A stretch of DNA of 64,000 nt from Balanoglossus misakiensis (taxonomy: Eukaryota > Animalia > Hemichordata): NCBI GenBank assembly GCA_040954595.2, contig CM082589.2, positions 11,978,894-12,042,893 of the forward strand, read 5' to 3'. This document shows, one piece after another, positions 62,727 through 64,000 of the stretch; position 1 is the stretch's first letter; the number at the start of each line of letters is the position of its first letter. A program made the position numbers and the translations under genes. Below the pieces are notes generated by a model. The model was not told the origin of the DNA and did not search any database. It saw only the letters and a program-made list of their open reading frames with translations.

Positions 62727-63557
62727 GTATGTAACTGTGGATTTTGGTCTCTTCTGTGGCTATATTATTTGGGGATTGTATATTGCTATGGTTACAATCA
62801 GCTAAACATTGGTCTCTTCTGTGGCTACATTGTTTGGGGATTGTATATTGCTATGGTTACAATCAGCTAAACATTGGTCTCTTCTGTGGCTACACTGTTT
62901 TTGGGGATTGCATATTGCTATGGTTACAATCAGCTAAACACACATCCTGTCTATCCATTGCACACATTTTAAAATTTGAAATCAACCGCACACTCGTACT
63001 GAACACATGTTTGTTGAAATTGTATCTTAGAATTTTTCCAATTATAATTATGCATAATATAAACAAATTAACAAATGTGAAAACTTATCTTTGAAAATGT
63101 GTTTGCAAGGGTGAAAAAGTAATCTGTATTTTAAAAATCAGACAAAGTTTTGCTGACAGGGTACACAAGTTTCAGGGGATTTTGGAGAGAGTGTTACAAT
63201 TCCTAGGAAGAGATTGCCAAGGATATTGAGGACTTTGGTGTAAACACAATTAATTGATCAAGAAATATGTGGTTAAGAATATGTGTCATCAACCTCACAC
63301 GACACTATAAGACTGTCTGATATATTCATGTACAAGTATTTTCACTACTTATTTGCATAATTCATTGAAATTAACATAAATTATCAACCTATAGCTAAGT
63401 AAATTACCTCTGCAAAGAATAAATATACACTTAGAAAATTCATATAGTTTTCATCAAATTTTAAAGACATTACAAAATGCTTCTCTGAGGGTACAGTAAT
63501 TTTTAACGGGTATATTCTTGATAACTCATCACCGTGAATGATCATTTCAAAACTTAA

Positions 63558-64000
63558 GATGGGACCCCTTATCTTTTTGCCCGTTGCTATGGGCCTTTAC
63601 AGGACATTACACTCAATTTTGATCGAAACCGTTATAAACGTCCGACAAGGGGCTTGTAACTAGTTAAAAATACGCACGATAGTGTGCACACACTCTGTCC
63701 GAGTATGGTTACGGCAGCTACCGCCCGGCCATAGGCTGCCACGCTAATACGGCAAAGCAGCGGTCAGCGATAGCGTGCGCGTCCCGTAACCACAGTAACT
63801 GGATCGAACGCTAAAAATCCAATGTTTTGTACACAGAGATTTTGCACCGTTCACAAAAATCCCTAAGCCTTTTTTCACAGGCGACGTAGGCCAGCCGAAT
63901 TTGACCTGCTTGTTGAGAACGTACTTCCGCACAGTGTGACAGATCGTTTTTTCAGTTTTCGTCGTGCTAAGAAGCGATACCGGTGGAATAGTGCGTCCAA
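63558..64000. mobile_element. Probable TTAA-targeting (Kolobok-like) insertion, cut by the window edge
   Basis: Copy 2 departs from copy 1 exactly after AAAACTTAA; new sequence starts GATGGGACCCC and is more GC-rich. Confidence 0.5.

Larger units (their letters stand above)
54920..63557 (+). repeat. Segmental duplication, copy 2
   Basis: Collinear with 23944-37244; similarity ends at a TTAA at 63554-63557. Confidence 0.97.

Overview
AT-rich, intron-containing animal genomic DNA, probably from a marine invertebrate (inferred from the repeat repertoire; species not determinable). No intact protein-coding gene was found. 1-12 kb is mini- and microsatellite. 12-24 kb is a patchwork of MITEs plus a 2.9-kb foldback-type element with inverted 69-bp satellite arms enclosing a BEL/Pao LTR-PBS-gag fragment. 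From 23.9 kb there is a segmental duplication (23944-37244 matches 54920-63557, starts about 31 kb apart) carrying a decayed exon set that joins MED25 exons (VWA, linker, start of ACID domain) to calcium-binding EGF exons. One intron holds a roughly 10-kb decayed AcademX-type DNA transposon (Academ transposase, XPG/FEN1-like nuclease, Cys cluster) whose transposase contains an in-frame OTU-like cysteine protease domain with an intact-looking catalytic set; this is the best novelty candidate. Also present: an AcademH-like non-autonomous element with a RecQ fragment, a Transib-like MITE, Kolobok/T2, piggyBac and Harbinger MITEs, nested Helentron-type (HINE) elements and an RTE LINE tail. All family assignments come from motifs recognised by eye, not from database searches; coordinates were counted by hand.
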